In this document: positions 49,758 to 58,347 of the stretch, in pieces
Numbering within the stretch: the first letter of the stretch is position 1
Layout of the letters: each line of letters opens with the position of its first letter
Origin: Patescibacteria group bacterium
GTDB lineage: Bacteria; Patescibacteriota; Patescibacteriia; JBAZBY01
Assembly: GCA_041671225.1 (NCBI GenBank)
Contig: JBAZBY010000001.1
Span: forward strand, 961,130-1,025,129
Direction: 5' to 3'
Length of the DNA stretch: 64,000 nt
Position numbers and translations under genes: made by a program
Notes under the pieces: model-generated
Databases searched by the model: none
What the model saw: the letters and a program-made list of their open reading frames with translations, nothing else
Told to the model about the DNA's origin: nothing

Positions 49758-50652
49758 GGTTTCGTGAAATCTGTACGAAGATATCCTGCAAAGACGGCGC
49801 TGTGCGCGCAAAGGACTGCAGCTTCACGTTGTCTGCAAGAAGCGCGGCAAGCACGGCATCCGTCTCGATCCCATCGCGCGGCACCAGCACGGCGGTGTTG
49901 CGCTCGCGGCGGCTCACGGAAAAAAGCTCCGGATGTTCCTTCAGCGTGCCGGTGAATTCCAGCTGGATGGTGTTCTGCCCGAACTGGTTGCGCACGTCTT
50001 CCACGCCGCCATACAGCGCGGCAGTGCCGTCCTTCAGCATGAGCAAACGGTCCGCGATCCTTTCCACTTCATCCATCTGATGCGTGATGAAGATGATGGT
50101 CGCGCCTGCGCGGTTCCGTTCCATCAGCATCTCCATGAGCAAGTCGCGGTTCACCGGATCAAAACCCTTCGTCGGTTCATCCAATATCAAGAGCTCCGGA
50201 TCGCCGATCATGGTCATGCCCAACTGTATCTTCTGCTGCTGCCCGGATGACAGCCGCTTGATCTCATCCTGCGCTTTTCCGGCGAGTTCCACGCGGTCCA
50301 GATATGCGCGGGACCATGCCTCCGCTTCCGCACGCGGCAAGCCCTTGAGCATGCCGATATACACGATGGTCTCCAGCACGTGCGACGTGGTATACAGCCC
50401 GCGTTCTTCCGGCAAGTACCCGAGCATGCGGGACAATGCCGGCGCATACGGCTTGCCAAGGACGTGCAATGTGCCGCTGTTCGCATGGTAAATGCCCAGC
50501 AGGCACCGGATGGTGGTGGTCTTCCCTGAGCCGTTGGCGCCGAGCAAAGCGAAGATCTCCCCTTTCTGCACATCAAAGGAAAGGTCGCGCACCACCTTGT
50601 GCTCACCGAATGCCTTTGCAAAATGTTCGACGTGGATGACGGGTTCCTGCAT
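49747..50652 (-). CDS. ABC transporter ATP-binding protein (NatA-like)
   Basis: GANGSGKTT, GYLPEERGLY, LSSGQQQK, ILDEP. Start placed at MQEPV. Confidence 0.93.
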   Translation of the reverse strand: MQEPVIHVEHFAKAFGEHKVVRDLSFDVQKGEIFALLGANGSGKTTTIRCLLGIYHANSGTLHVLGKPYAPALSRMLGYLPEERGLYTTSHVLETIVYIGMLKGLPRAEAEAWSRAYLDRVELAGKAQDEIKRLSSGQQQKIQLGMTMIGDPELLILDEPTKGFDPVNRDLLMEMLMERNRAGATIIFITHQMDEVERIADRLLMLKDGTAALYGGVEDVRNQFGQNTIQLEFTGTLKEHPELFSVSRRERNTAVLVPRDGIETDAVLAALLADNVKLQSFARTAPSLQDIFVQISRNHGT

Positions 50653-50715
50653 AACAAAAATACCTAAGATATATGCAATTGTACTATATTTCCTTTGTTT
50701 TGCATATATATGAAC

Positions 50716-50744
50716 TTGACAGAAATACATAGATATGGTATGAT
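50716..50744 (+). promoter_or_regulatory. Array promoter P1
   Basis: TTGACA-17 bp-TATGAT with extended -10 TG. Confidence 0.75.
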
Positions 50745-50820
50745 GCTCGGTTACACTGAAATGGGGGGAAATAGTGCTGGTTGAATACCTGTCAGCATCT
50801 ATTGTTCTATCTCCAAGAAC

Positions 50821-50849
50821 TTGACAAATTGGTGATAAAGTGGTATTAT
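50821..50849 (+). promoter_or_regulatory. Array promoter P2
   Basis: TTGACA-17 bp-TATTAT with extended -10 TG. Confidence 0.75.
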
Positions 50850-50870
50850 ATGCTGTTACGGTAAAAGACC

Positions 50871-50947
50871 GCTCATTACAAGAAAGCATTTCAGCGAGGA
50901 ATCTACGGTATCACACCTTGTGTGGGGTACTGTGGATCCCTCGCTGA
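50871..50947 (+). repeat. Array element E1 (boxA-like core + long hairpin)
   Basis: GCTCATTACAA (50871-50881); hairpin TCAGCGAGG...CCTCGCTGA (50891-50947). Confidence 0.85.
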
Positions 50948-51051
50948 TCAAAAGGCGAGACAACGCATCGGCAAATACGCCGATGTAACACCCCCCTACG
51001 GTTTAACCCCGTAGCGTTGTACCAGAACGAAATCTGGTAGAGGCAATAACG

Positions 51052-51423
51052 ATGCGTATCAACGAGCTTCTCCTGGTCGATCCCGAGTCCAACTGCACGC
51101 AACCAACAGTACCCGTCCCAGAAGGGAAAAATCACTACGCATTCCAGGTCGCCATAATCCGTCAGGACGACGGTTCCTATACTTGGCGCGGACAAAGCCA
51201 GTATCTGCCCAAGGGGGTTTTGATGGGATTCGCCCTCATCCACTTCGTCGGCGATGATGATGAGAAAGATGAAATCCCACTCGATATCAACCCCGTAGCG
51301 GTTGAGATGCTGGGAATCCATGGAGCCACTTTTCGTGGGTGGACGTGGGATAACCACTACGTCGACTGGGCGGTAAGTAACATGGGTCGCGTTTTTGCAG
51401 CCCAGTTCTCTCACCTCGCCTAA
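51052..51423 (+). CDS. Hypothetical protein (array cargo 1)
   Basis: 123-aa ORF with a GAGG RBS. Confidence 0.65.
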   Translation: MRINELLLVDPESNCTQPTVPVPEGKNHYAFQVAIIRQDDGSYTWRGQSQYLPKGVLMGFALIHFVGDDDEKDEIPLDINPVAVEMLGIHGATFRGWTWDNHYVDWAVSNMGRVFAAQFSHLA

Positions 51424-51510
51424 CTCCTCACTCGTTCACTCTTCGCCGAAGACACGGCCTAGAGCCCCACCCTGGGGATCAAGGGGAGGCTGGCATGAGC
51501 CCGCAGCCGA

Positions 51511-51720
51511 TGCGTCGCAGCATACACGACGCAAAGTGGAGCACCACACGGGCAACGTTCTTCGGGAGAGACGCACAATGCTTCGGCAACGTGCGTCTCC
51601 CCTTCACCTGAGTTAATCACGCACTGTGGTTGGTTCAGAAGAAGGTGTTCATTACAACAATTTCAGCGAGGAATCTACGGTATCACGCCTTGTGCGGGGT
51701 ACTGTGGATCCCTCACTGAA
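51511..51720 (+). repeat. Array element E2
   Basis: Two stem-loops, CTGAG/TTCAG stem, GTTCATTACAA (51647-51657), and a hairpin (51662-51720) nearly identical to E1. Confidence 0.88.
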
Positions 51721-52150
51721 GCTCCTAACAATCAATACGTCAGCGAAGGAAACGAGGGGGTGAGTCCCTCCACTCTCCCCCTCTTTCCCCTCGCTGGCAA
51801 TAACGTTTAGCGAGGCTCCGGCATCCGTCCACAGGATTGATGCCAAGTCCAAGGAGGGCTCCGATGGAAAAGAAGCAGCCCACAAGCAGCACCAAGAAGG
51901 CCCCAGACGGTTACCGCCACCTGACCCGCGCGGAGGCCGATGCCATCTGGCGTCGGGCATTCTGGCTCGCTTGGACCTCGCGGTACTAGCGAAGTTCTCG
52001 AGGGAAAGCTCTCACAACAATTGTCCTTTGGCATCTGGCGCGGCAAGCAAAACCCGCGCCTCCCTCTCCAGCACAGAAGACTTCTGTTCTGAAGAGGGAT
52101 TCTCCTACGCCCCGTCTTCGCAAAGCTTTGACGGGCTACGGCGAACAAGT

Positions 52151-52228
52151 GCTCATTCTCAATCTTATGAGGGAGCGGAAACGGCGGTTCAAGAATTAAG
52201 CCTCCTCGGCCGCACGCCCGCTCCCTCA
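52151..52228 (+). repeat. Array element E3 (divergent)
   Basis: GCTCATTCTCAA, then TGAGGGAGCGG...CCGCTCCCTCA. Confidence 0.55.
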
Positions 52229-52509
52229 CCCCCCAATGATCCTGCAACCGCAGAATCAACAGTCCCCATGGGGAACGGCATACGAGGTGGATAAGTGAAT
52301 GCTCTTCACGCCCCTCGAAACCGTTCCCCAAAACTTTCGCTCGCACTGTTATGGAGGGGGATGCCGAAACGGCTTTTTGCCGCACGGCTCACGGCAACAG
52401 GAGCAGACAGCCTGGTTCACACTCGGCTGCCCGCCTCCGACTGCCACGCGGGAATGTGCATTCGTGCACCAACTCCCGCATCACCTCCAGAACAGTCCGT
52501 ACGAAGAAG

Positions 52510-52590
52510 GTTCATTACAATATGATGGTTTGTACCACGACCCTTATAAGAGGATGCTTCACGTCCTTTCATAAGGGTCGTATGGTACGA
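52510..52590 (+). repeat. Array element E4 (divergent hairpin)
   Basis: GAAGAAG-GTTCATTACAA, then the long hairpin GTACCA-CGACCCTTAT...ATAAGGGTCG-TA-TGGTAC. Confidence 0.7.
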
Positions 52591-52634
52591 CTTCTGGCGA
52601 TCACCGGCCGATGGTGAAAAAGGAACGGCAATCC

Positions 52635-53207
52635 GTGAAAAAAAAGATCGTGTTGGCCGGTCCACCTCGGTCCGGCAAGTCCTGTATGCGTGAGGGGTTG
52701 AAACAAGCCCTTTTCACAATCCCCGGCTCGCCGTATCCGTATGTGATTACGGCCTGCCCGGACGGTGAAGGGGCGTGGTTCCAGGAAACTGTGAACAACA
52801 ACCCCGAGCTTGCGGCGGCGTGCAAGGCGGCCTACAAAGCCAAGTTCACGCCGGAGTTCGTCGAGCGCATCAAGACTTCGGTCGAGAGGTGCTCACTCGA
52901 GCTCACGCTCGTGGACATCGGGGGCATCACCTCCGTTGAAAACGAGCAGATCTGCGCCGCGGCGACGCACATCGTCATCCTCGCGGGTGACATGAGCAAG
53001 GTCGCCGAGTGGCGCACGTTCGCGGCAAAGCTCGGGCTTACCGTGGTTGCGGAAATCCATTCCGACTACCACGGAACCGAGGACACCGTTGAGCGCGTTA
53101 GCTCTGACGGAATCCTCCGGGGGTCCGTGCATCACCTCGAACGGGGTGAGCAAATTGCGGATCGTCCGATGATCCGCGCACTCGCCGAGCATCTCCTCTC
53201 CATCTGA
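52635..53207 (+). CDS. P-loop NTPase of the Csx3-associated AAA type
   Basis: Walker A GPPRSGKS, ACPDGEGAW and LVDIGG, as in the ATPase domain of Csx3-AAA fusions. Confidence 0.78.
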   Translation: MKKKIVLAGPPRSGKSCMREGLKQALFTIPGSPYPYVITACPDGEGAWFQETVNNNPELAAACKAAYKAKFTPEFVERIKTSVERCSLELTLVDIGGITSVENEQICAAATHIVILAGDMSKVAEWRTFAAKLGLTVVAEIHSDYHGTEDTVERVSSDGILRGSVHHLERGEQIADRPMIRALAEHLLSI

Positions 53208-53285
53208 GTTTCTGAAGGAGGGCAACACCTACCCTCTCAACCCGACACACGCCGGCTCAAGGTGAAGCTGGCACTGGAGGGCAAC

Positions 53286-53630
53286 ATGCCCGTGTACAAG
53301 ATCGACCGAGTCGCCGTAACCGCCACCTCTGCAGCCGTCCCCGCCGACCTGTTCAAGGTAGGCTTCGGGGACCCCGCCCAGAACGATGCCATCGTTCGGG
53401 CGGCCGAAATCCGCATCCCCGAGCTCGGCGAGCTCGGTGGCGAGCTGGCCCTCATCAACGGGCCGGCCAGCCTCCCCGTGGCGGTGGTCATCGCCCACCG
53501 TCTACTCCACGCCTACGGCGCCATCGGGGTCTTCGACCCCAAGATGAGCGCCTACGTGGTTGCGGCGGCCCACGGCGACAAGTTCGCTGTGGGGGACCTG
53601 ATCCCCGCCGAAACCGTCGTCGAGTCGTAG
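53286..53630 (+). CDS. csx3: Csx3/Crn3 cyclic-oligoadenylate ring nuclease homolog
   Basis: GGAGG RBS; INGPASLPVAVVIAH, GVFDPKM..YVV..AH and VGDLI. Confidence 0.8.
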   Translation: MPVYKIDRVAVTATSAAVPADLFKVGFGDPAQNDAIVRAAEIRIPELGELGGELALINGPASLPVAVVIAHRLLHAYGAIGVFDPKMSAYVVAAAHGDKFAVGDLIPAETVVES

Positions 53631-53645
53631 ACGACCATCGTTCAC

Positions 53646-53834
53646 CTCTCCTAACCTAGCATCCGCTGGGTGGCAGATAGGAGATTCGTCCTTTCCGGAG
53701 CGCAATCTGCCTGCGCTCCGACTTTCCGAGCACATCACAATACTCGTGGTGCGTTCAGAAGGTTAAAATGTTCATTACAACTATTCAGCGAGGAAATCTG
53801 TTGTGCTATATGCACGATGGGTTTCCTCGCTGAA
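53646..53834 (+). repeat. Array element E5
   Basis: GGCAGAT/ATCTGCC loop complement, CCGAG/TTCAG stem, GTTCATTACAA (53770-53780), hairpin 53784-53834. Confidence 0.9.
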
Positions 53835-53986
53835 GTTCGTCGGCTCCGGTGAGGTTTGCCCCGTTCCGAGGGGATTGCGCGACGCAATGCACTGCCCCGC
53901 TTGCAGGGGATTGAGAATGGAGGGCTTCACGCCCGCAATTACCCTACACAGGTGCTCTAGAAAATGAGCACGGAAAGAGAACGGAC

Positions 53987-54820
53987 ATGTCACGGAATCT
54001 CAACGTCGTCTTCAACTACGGCAACACTGTCACCATCGAGGAGATGGAACCCAACACCATCTACCTCGACGGCGCATGTCGCGGTCCGGCGATCGACGCC
54101 GCCCGCAAGGCCTACTCCTTCGACCACCACGCGGAGTGTCTGCGGTTCGCGACCCTCTCGACGTGCGAGCAGGTCTTGCTCGCTCTCGAACTCGGCCTCA
54201 ACCCCGTGAACTTCCGGGTCGTAATGAACGACCTGGACGCGGACGGGAGCCTCTCACTGTGGATCCTCCGAAACCCCGACAAGGCACAGAACCCGCAAGT
54301 CCGCGCTATGGTCGCGCAGATCGGATTCGTGGATTCCCACGGTCCGGTTCGCGTTCCGGCCAAGCTCCACAAGAGTCTCAGTCGGAACCCCCGCGTCCCG
54401 CAGACGATCGACATGCTCTGGGAGGATCAGGGCAAGATCGATGCGTGGTTCGCGGGAGGTGATGAAGCGCTCCCCGAGCCGTTCAGATTCCCGTGCGCGC
54501 CGGCCTTCGGGCTGACGCAGGACGGTGAGCTCGTCGAATTCGACGCGGCCGCGGACTTCGCCGACATGTATGCCGCCGGCTGCATGGTCGGAGTGATCTG
54601 TGGTGCTGGGCCGGAAAACACCATGGGCTACACCGTGGGCAAGCGCTCCGACTTCGTCGCCTACGACATCCCCGGATTCCTCGCTCGTATGAACGAGCTG
54701 GAAGCCGGCTGGGGCGGCGGCTCCACCATCGGTGGGGCTCCTCGTCTGGAAGGTGGGAAGCGATCCGCGCTTCCTGTCGAAACCGTCAAACGGGAGTTCC
54801 GCTCCATCGCGAGCATGTAG
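53987..54820 (+). CDS. DHH-like putative phosphoesterase (array cargo)
   Basis: FDHH, NDLDADG, VDSHG and WGGGSTIGG motifs. Confidence 0.6.
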   Translation: MSRNLNVVFNYGNTVTIEEMEPNTIYLDGACRGPAIDAARKAYSFDHHAECLRFATLSTCEQVLLALELGLNPVNFRVVMNDLDADGSLSLWILRNPDKAQNPQVRAMVAQIGFVDSHGPVRVPAKLHKSLSRNPRVPQTIDMLWEDQGKIDAWFAGGDEALPEPFRFPCAPAFGLTQDGELVEFDAAADFADMYAAGCMVGVICGAGPENTMGYTVGKRSDFVAYDIPGFLARMNELEAGWGGGSTIGGAPRLEGGKRSALPVETVKREFRSIASM

Positions 54821-55048
54821 CCCCCTCCTCGGCAGCCGGAAATACCGGATCCCGCCTTCGCCTTTCGGGCTACGGCGGATAAAGAAGATTGATCTTTTCT
54901 CCTGTGGGGAGCGTGACTGCCAACGCTCCTCCCAACACCCGAGTCCCGGATATACATCCGAGGTTCAGGAAGTTGGAATGATCTTTACAAATACACTTCA
55001 GCGAGGAGATCTGTACAGAATATTTCTGTATGGGTTCTCTCGCTGAAG
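54821..55048 (+). repeat. Array element E6
   Basis: CCCTCCTCGGCAG, GGAGCGT-GACTGCCA-ACGCTCC, CCGAG/TTCAG, GATCTTTACAA (54980-54990), hairpin 54996-55048. Confidence 0.9.
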
Positions 55049-55239
55049 CCATATCCAAAGGCCAACGCGAGTGCTGCCCCGAGGCGTGGGGATTTCGTCA
55101 GGTTCTTGTTCTTGCCCCGTATGTGGGGATTGCGTAGAAAGCGCTTTCCACGAACGTGGAGGCAAAGCAACCTGTGCGGTAACCCGCACGTCGAGCCCAA
55201 GCCAAACCGAAAGGTACGGGCGAAGGGCAAGGAGTAGCC

Positions 55240-56082
55240 ATGTCAGTATATCGCGTGTTCACGATTTCTTCCGGCGCAGTCAGTGAAGGCGCCAAAATCG
55301 ACATCCTCCCCCTGAAGGGCGCGGGAATTACGATTCCCGCCGTCATCATCGGCGAGGAGGGGCGAGGTCGCGAACGCGGCGTCGTCCCCGTCGGAAACCC
55401 GCCGACCGTCCCCTGCCCGCGACGTGGGCAGGAAATTTCCGGCTCGACTCTTGCCAGATTCAAGGCGCCGGAAAGGCCGGCGACCTGCGAGTGTGGCGTT
55501 GCGCTTCCCCTGTGGGGGAAGCGTCCGGACGATTCCGGGTACTGGTTCGTCCAGCACCCGGATACCGGAAGCGTCCCCAGCCGCCTGATGGCCGCCGAGA
55601 TCGGGGCCACCAAGGCGGGAAAGCCCAAGTTCTGGGCAAAGCCCGCGGCGGACACGACGGAAAAGGTCCTCGTCGTATTCCGAACCCGGATGGGGTACCG
55701 GGGTGGAAACGACCACACCGGCGACCGGAACGGCTTGTTCCGAGTCGGTGACTCCTGGGACCCCTGGGCGGCGTCGGGGTTGACGCTCGAGGAGGCGCAG
55801 GCTCTCTGCGCCGAGCACGAGGTCGACTCGTCGCGTATCCGCCCGGACGGCTTCCTGCCGTTCCCGGGCGAGGTTATCACCCGCGGCTACATCGCCCAAG
55901 GCGGCGCGGGTCGGATGGGCGGCGGCGAACAGCTCGTCGCGCTCGTCCCGAAAGACGTCGTCTTCAGGACGTCCTACTCCGGCCGACTCTACGGCGGCCC
56001 CGGCGCCCACTACTACGTGTGGGACGGCGAGAAGGTTCTCGCCGCCACGTGGGAAGAAAGGTCGGCGGCCGACCTGTTCTAG
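55240..56082 (+). CDS. Hypothetical protein (array cargo)
   Basis: 280-aa ORF with an AAGGAG RBS; Gly-rich motifs GEEGRGR, GYRGGN and AQGGAGRMGGG. Confidence 0.75.
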   Translation: MSVYRVFTISSGAVSEGAKIDILPLKGAGITIPAVIIGEEGRGRERGVVPVGNPPTVPCPRRGQEISGSTLARFKAPERPATCECGVALPLWGKRPDDSGYWFVQHPDTGSVPSRLMAAEIGATKAGKPKFWAKPAADTTEKVLVVFRTRMGYRGGNDHTGDRNGLFRVGDSWDPWAASGLTLEEAQALCAEHEVDSSRIRPDGFLPFPGEVITRGYIAQGGAGRMGGGEQLVALVPKDVVFRTSYSGRLYGGPGAHYYVWDGEKVLAATWEERSAADLF

Positions 56083-56323
56083 CCTCCCCTCCTCAGGCAG
56101 ACCGGAAATTCCGGATGAGGAGCAACGCTCTTTTACCCCTGCGGAGGAATGTGACTGCCAACATTCCTTCCAACACCCGAGCTTTGAATCATAGATTCAA
56201 GGTTCAGGAAGTTGGAAAGTTCATTACAAATCAATTCTACTTCACCCCCATGAGATATTCTGCAGGGGTTCACTTCCCTCCTTTTTAGCCCTTTCATATG
56301 AGAGTGTTAAAAAGGAGGGAGGT
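56083..56323 (+). repeat. Array element E7
   Basis: Aligns to E6 over about 150 nt. GTTCATTACAA (56219-56229), then an unrelated long hairpin (56272-56323). Confidence 0.88.
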
Positions 56324-56435
56324 ACGGCACCGTGGTGGTGCTGTGGTCCCTTCGGTTCCGAAGGAGTACGTCCTGTGATGGGACACGCTCATTTCGGCCC
56401 CGCTTGGCTCGGGGTAACTCATGAAGGAGGAAGCC

Positions 56436-56918
56436 ATGTTCCAGATTCTCTTGACCCGCTCGCATTTTGAAGCCCTCGTTCTCGCCGCGACGGACATCGC
56501 GGCGAACGGTCGGCCATGGGGGCCAGTCGTAACCGAGACCGGGTGGGCGACCCGGTTCGATGGTGGCGGCAACGTCCGCACCCCCAGCGACTTCGTCTCG
56601 CTATACGGCGAGGCAAGTAGGTGGGGGAAAAAGGAAGGGCACGAGCCCTGCTTGTACGCACTCGTGGAGTGCGATGCCTGGTCGCACGACCGCGACCGGG
56701 CGTGCCGCTACTTCCTGCGGCACAAAACGTTTGCCCAGAGCGACCTCGTCCTGGACAACGACGGACTCGACCATGTCGAATCCGCGGCGACTCGCGGTGG
56801 CGAATGGGAGGTCGTCGCCGAGACGGACGTGCCTGAGCACGCCCGAAAGGTGATGGAGAAATCCATCGCCACCGTTCGCGAGCTCTTCGGGCAGGGAGGA
56901 GACTTCTTCGAGGTCTAG
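56436..56918 (+). CDS. Hypothetical protein (array cargo)
   Basis: AAGGAGG RBS before ATG 56436; 160 aa. Confidence 0.72.
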   Translation: MFQILLTRSHFEALVLAATDIAANGRPWGPVVTETGWATRFDGGGNVRTPSDFVSLYGEASRWGKKEGHEPCLYALVECDAWSHDRDRACRYFLRHKTFAQSDLVLDNDGLDHVESAATRGGEWEVVAETDVPEHARKVMEKSIATVRELFGQGGDFFEV

Positions 56919-56926
56919 CTACCCTG

Positions 56927-57264
56927 CCCCTCCTCGGCAGTGAGGAGGCACAGTACACCCGAGGACGTGACTGTCCACGTCCTCACAACTACAGCACCGG
57001 AGGTGCTTGATGAGACCGCTGCAGTTGTAGCGGGCCAAGGGGAGTGATTCTCTCCAGATGGGGCCCTCAAAATACCGCCAAACATAAACATCCCCGCTGC
57101 AGGGCACGCAGCACGCGGGAGGGGCAGCAACGAACAACCGCTGCCTCTCCCCACCCTTCCGAACGTTGAACACTTGTTCAGCCTTCAGACAGGTGATCGC
57201 TCATTCTCAACACTTCAGCAAGGAACTTTGAACCAACGTGTTTGGCGCAAAGTCCTTTGCTGAA
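56927..57264 (+). repeat. Array element E8
   Basis: CCTCCTC-GGCAGT-GAGGAGG, GAGGACGTG-ACTGTC-CACGTCCTC, CCGAA/TTCAG stem, GCTCATTCTCAA (57199-57210), hairpin 57214-57264. Confidence 0.85.
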
Positions 57265-57593
57265 ACGGATACGCAAGGGTACGTATTCCATGTTCGGGAG
57301 AAACGAAACGACCCATGGCGCTTACACGCACGCCGACGGGCACACGCCTCTCAGGTGGAATACCGATGTATGGAGAGGACTAGTCCGAACAAAATCTAGT
57401 CCTCTCCGCCTTTCCCTCAATATGGTCATTTACAAATCATTGACAAATCGTGCAAATATGCTAGGGTAAGCTGTTCATTTTTGTGCAGCGTGCACGTCTG
57501 ATGGCAACAAAAAAGCCGCAAGACGTGTCTGCTGCACCGCTCTCACAGCAGATGGCATCATGCCCTTTTCACATGAGAGCAAAGGAGGAGCAC

Positions 57594-58088
57594 GTGAAGA
57601 GCTCCAAGGGTTTCACCCTCATCGAGCTGATGATCATCGTGGTCATCATCGGCATCTTGGCGGCCATCGCCATCCCGAACTTCCTCTCCATGCAGGACCG
57701 TGAGCGTGAGGGCAGCGTGAAGGCCAACATGCACACCGTCCAGCTGGCGGTGGAGGACTTCTCGACCGAGAACAACGGCTTGTACGCCACGTCGGCCACG
57801 GACGCGCTCCCGAGCGGCGAGATCGTCCAGGACATGTGCCCGGGAAACGTGTGGCCGGAAAACCCGTTCGGAGGAGACGTGACGGAGGTCTACTGGACCA
57901 ACAACTTCTCCGACATCGTCCCGTACGTCCCTGCGAGGGACGACACGACGACGTGCCGATGGGGCGGCTTGGAGGTGGAGCCGCAGCGCGGCGATATCTA
58001 CATCATGAGCGACAGCGCTGGGTACGCCATCTACGGTCTCGGCGCCAGCGGGCAGCCGCTGAGCCTGATGCTCCGCAACGGCTACTGA
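57594..58088 (+). CDS. Type IV pilin (array cargo)
   Basis: AAGGAGGAG RBS + GTG start; KGFTLIELMIIVVIIGILAAIAIPNF. Confidence 0.9.
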   Translation: MKSSKGFTLIELMIIVVIIGILAAIAIPNFLSMQDREREGSVKANMHTVQLAVEDFSTENNGLYATSATDALPSGEIVQDMCPGNVWPENPFGGDVTEVYWTNNFSDIVPYVPARDDTTTCRWGGLEVEPQRGDIYIMSDSAGYAIYGLGASGQPLSLMLRNGY

Positions 58089-58132
58089 CGTCCGCTCCTT
58101 TGCAGGATAACTACCTGCCGTACAGCAAGATT

Positions 58133-58289
58133 GGGAGACGCTTGTGGTCTCCCCTTTTCCGAGCCACAGAACCACTCATCCGGCTATGCCGGATTCGGGT
58201 TCTGGGTTCAGAAGAGGTTGCCCTTTACAAATATTTCAGCGGGGGAATTCTGTACCTCATGTTTTGCGGTGCAGTATTCCCTCGCCGAA
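58133..58289 (+). repeat. Array element E9
   Basis: GGGAGAC...GTCTCCC, CCGAG/TTCAG stem, GCCCTTTACAA (58220-58230), hairpin 58235-58289. Confidence 0.85.
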
Positions 58290-58347
58290 GTAGTAGTACG
58301 CGAGGCATCATCCGCGGCAACGGCTGCGGACAAGGAGGGTCTCACCT

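Noticed and set aside
54930-56217. Classical integron attC sites (CCAAC...GTTGGAA in E6 and E7)
   Set aside because: The AAC/GTT ends are absent from the other copies, the spacers do not fit the R''-L''-L'-R' geometry, the pairing favours the top strand with G-U pairs, and there is no intI in the window.
50871-58289. CRISPR array interpretation of the recurring repeats (prompted by csx3)
   Set aside because: The repeats are degenerate and long, and are separated by about 350-1,250 nt including whole genes rather than uniform 30-40 nt spacers. No cas1, cas2, cas6 or cas10 is present.
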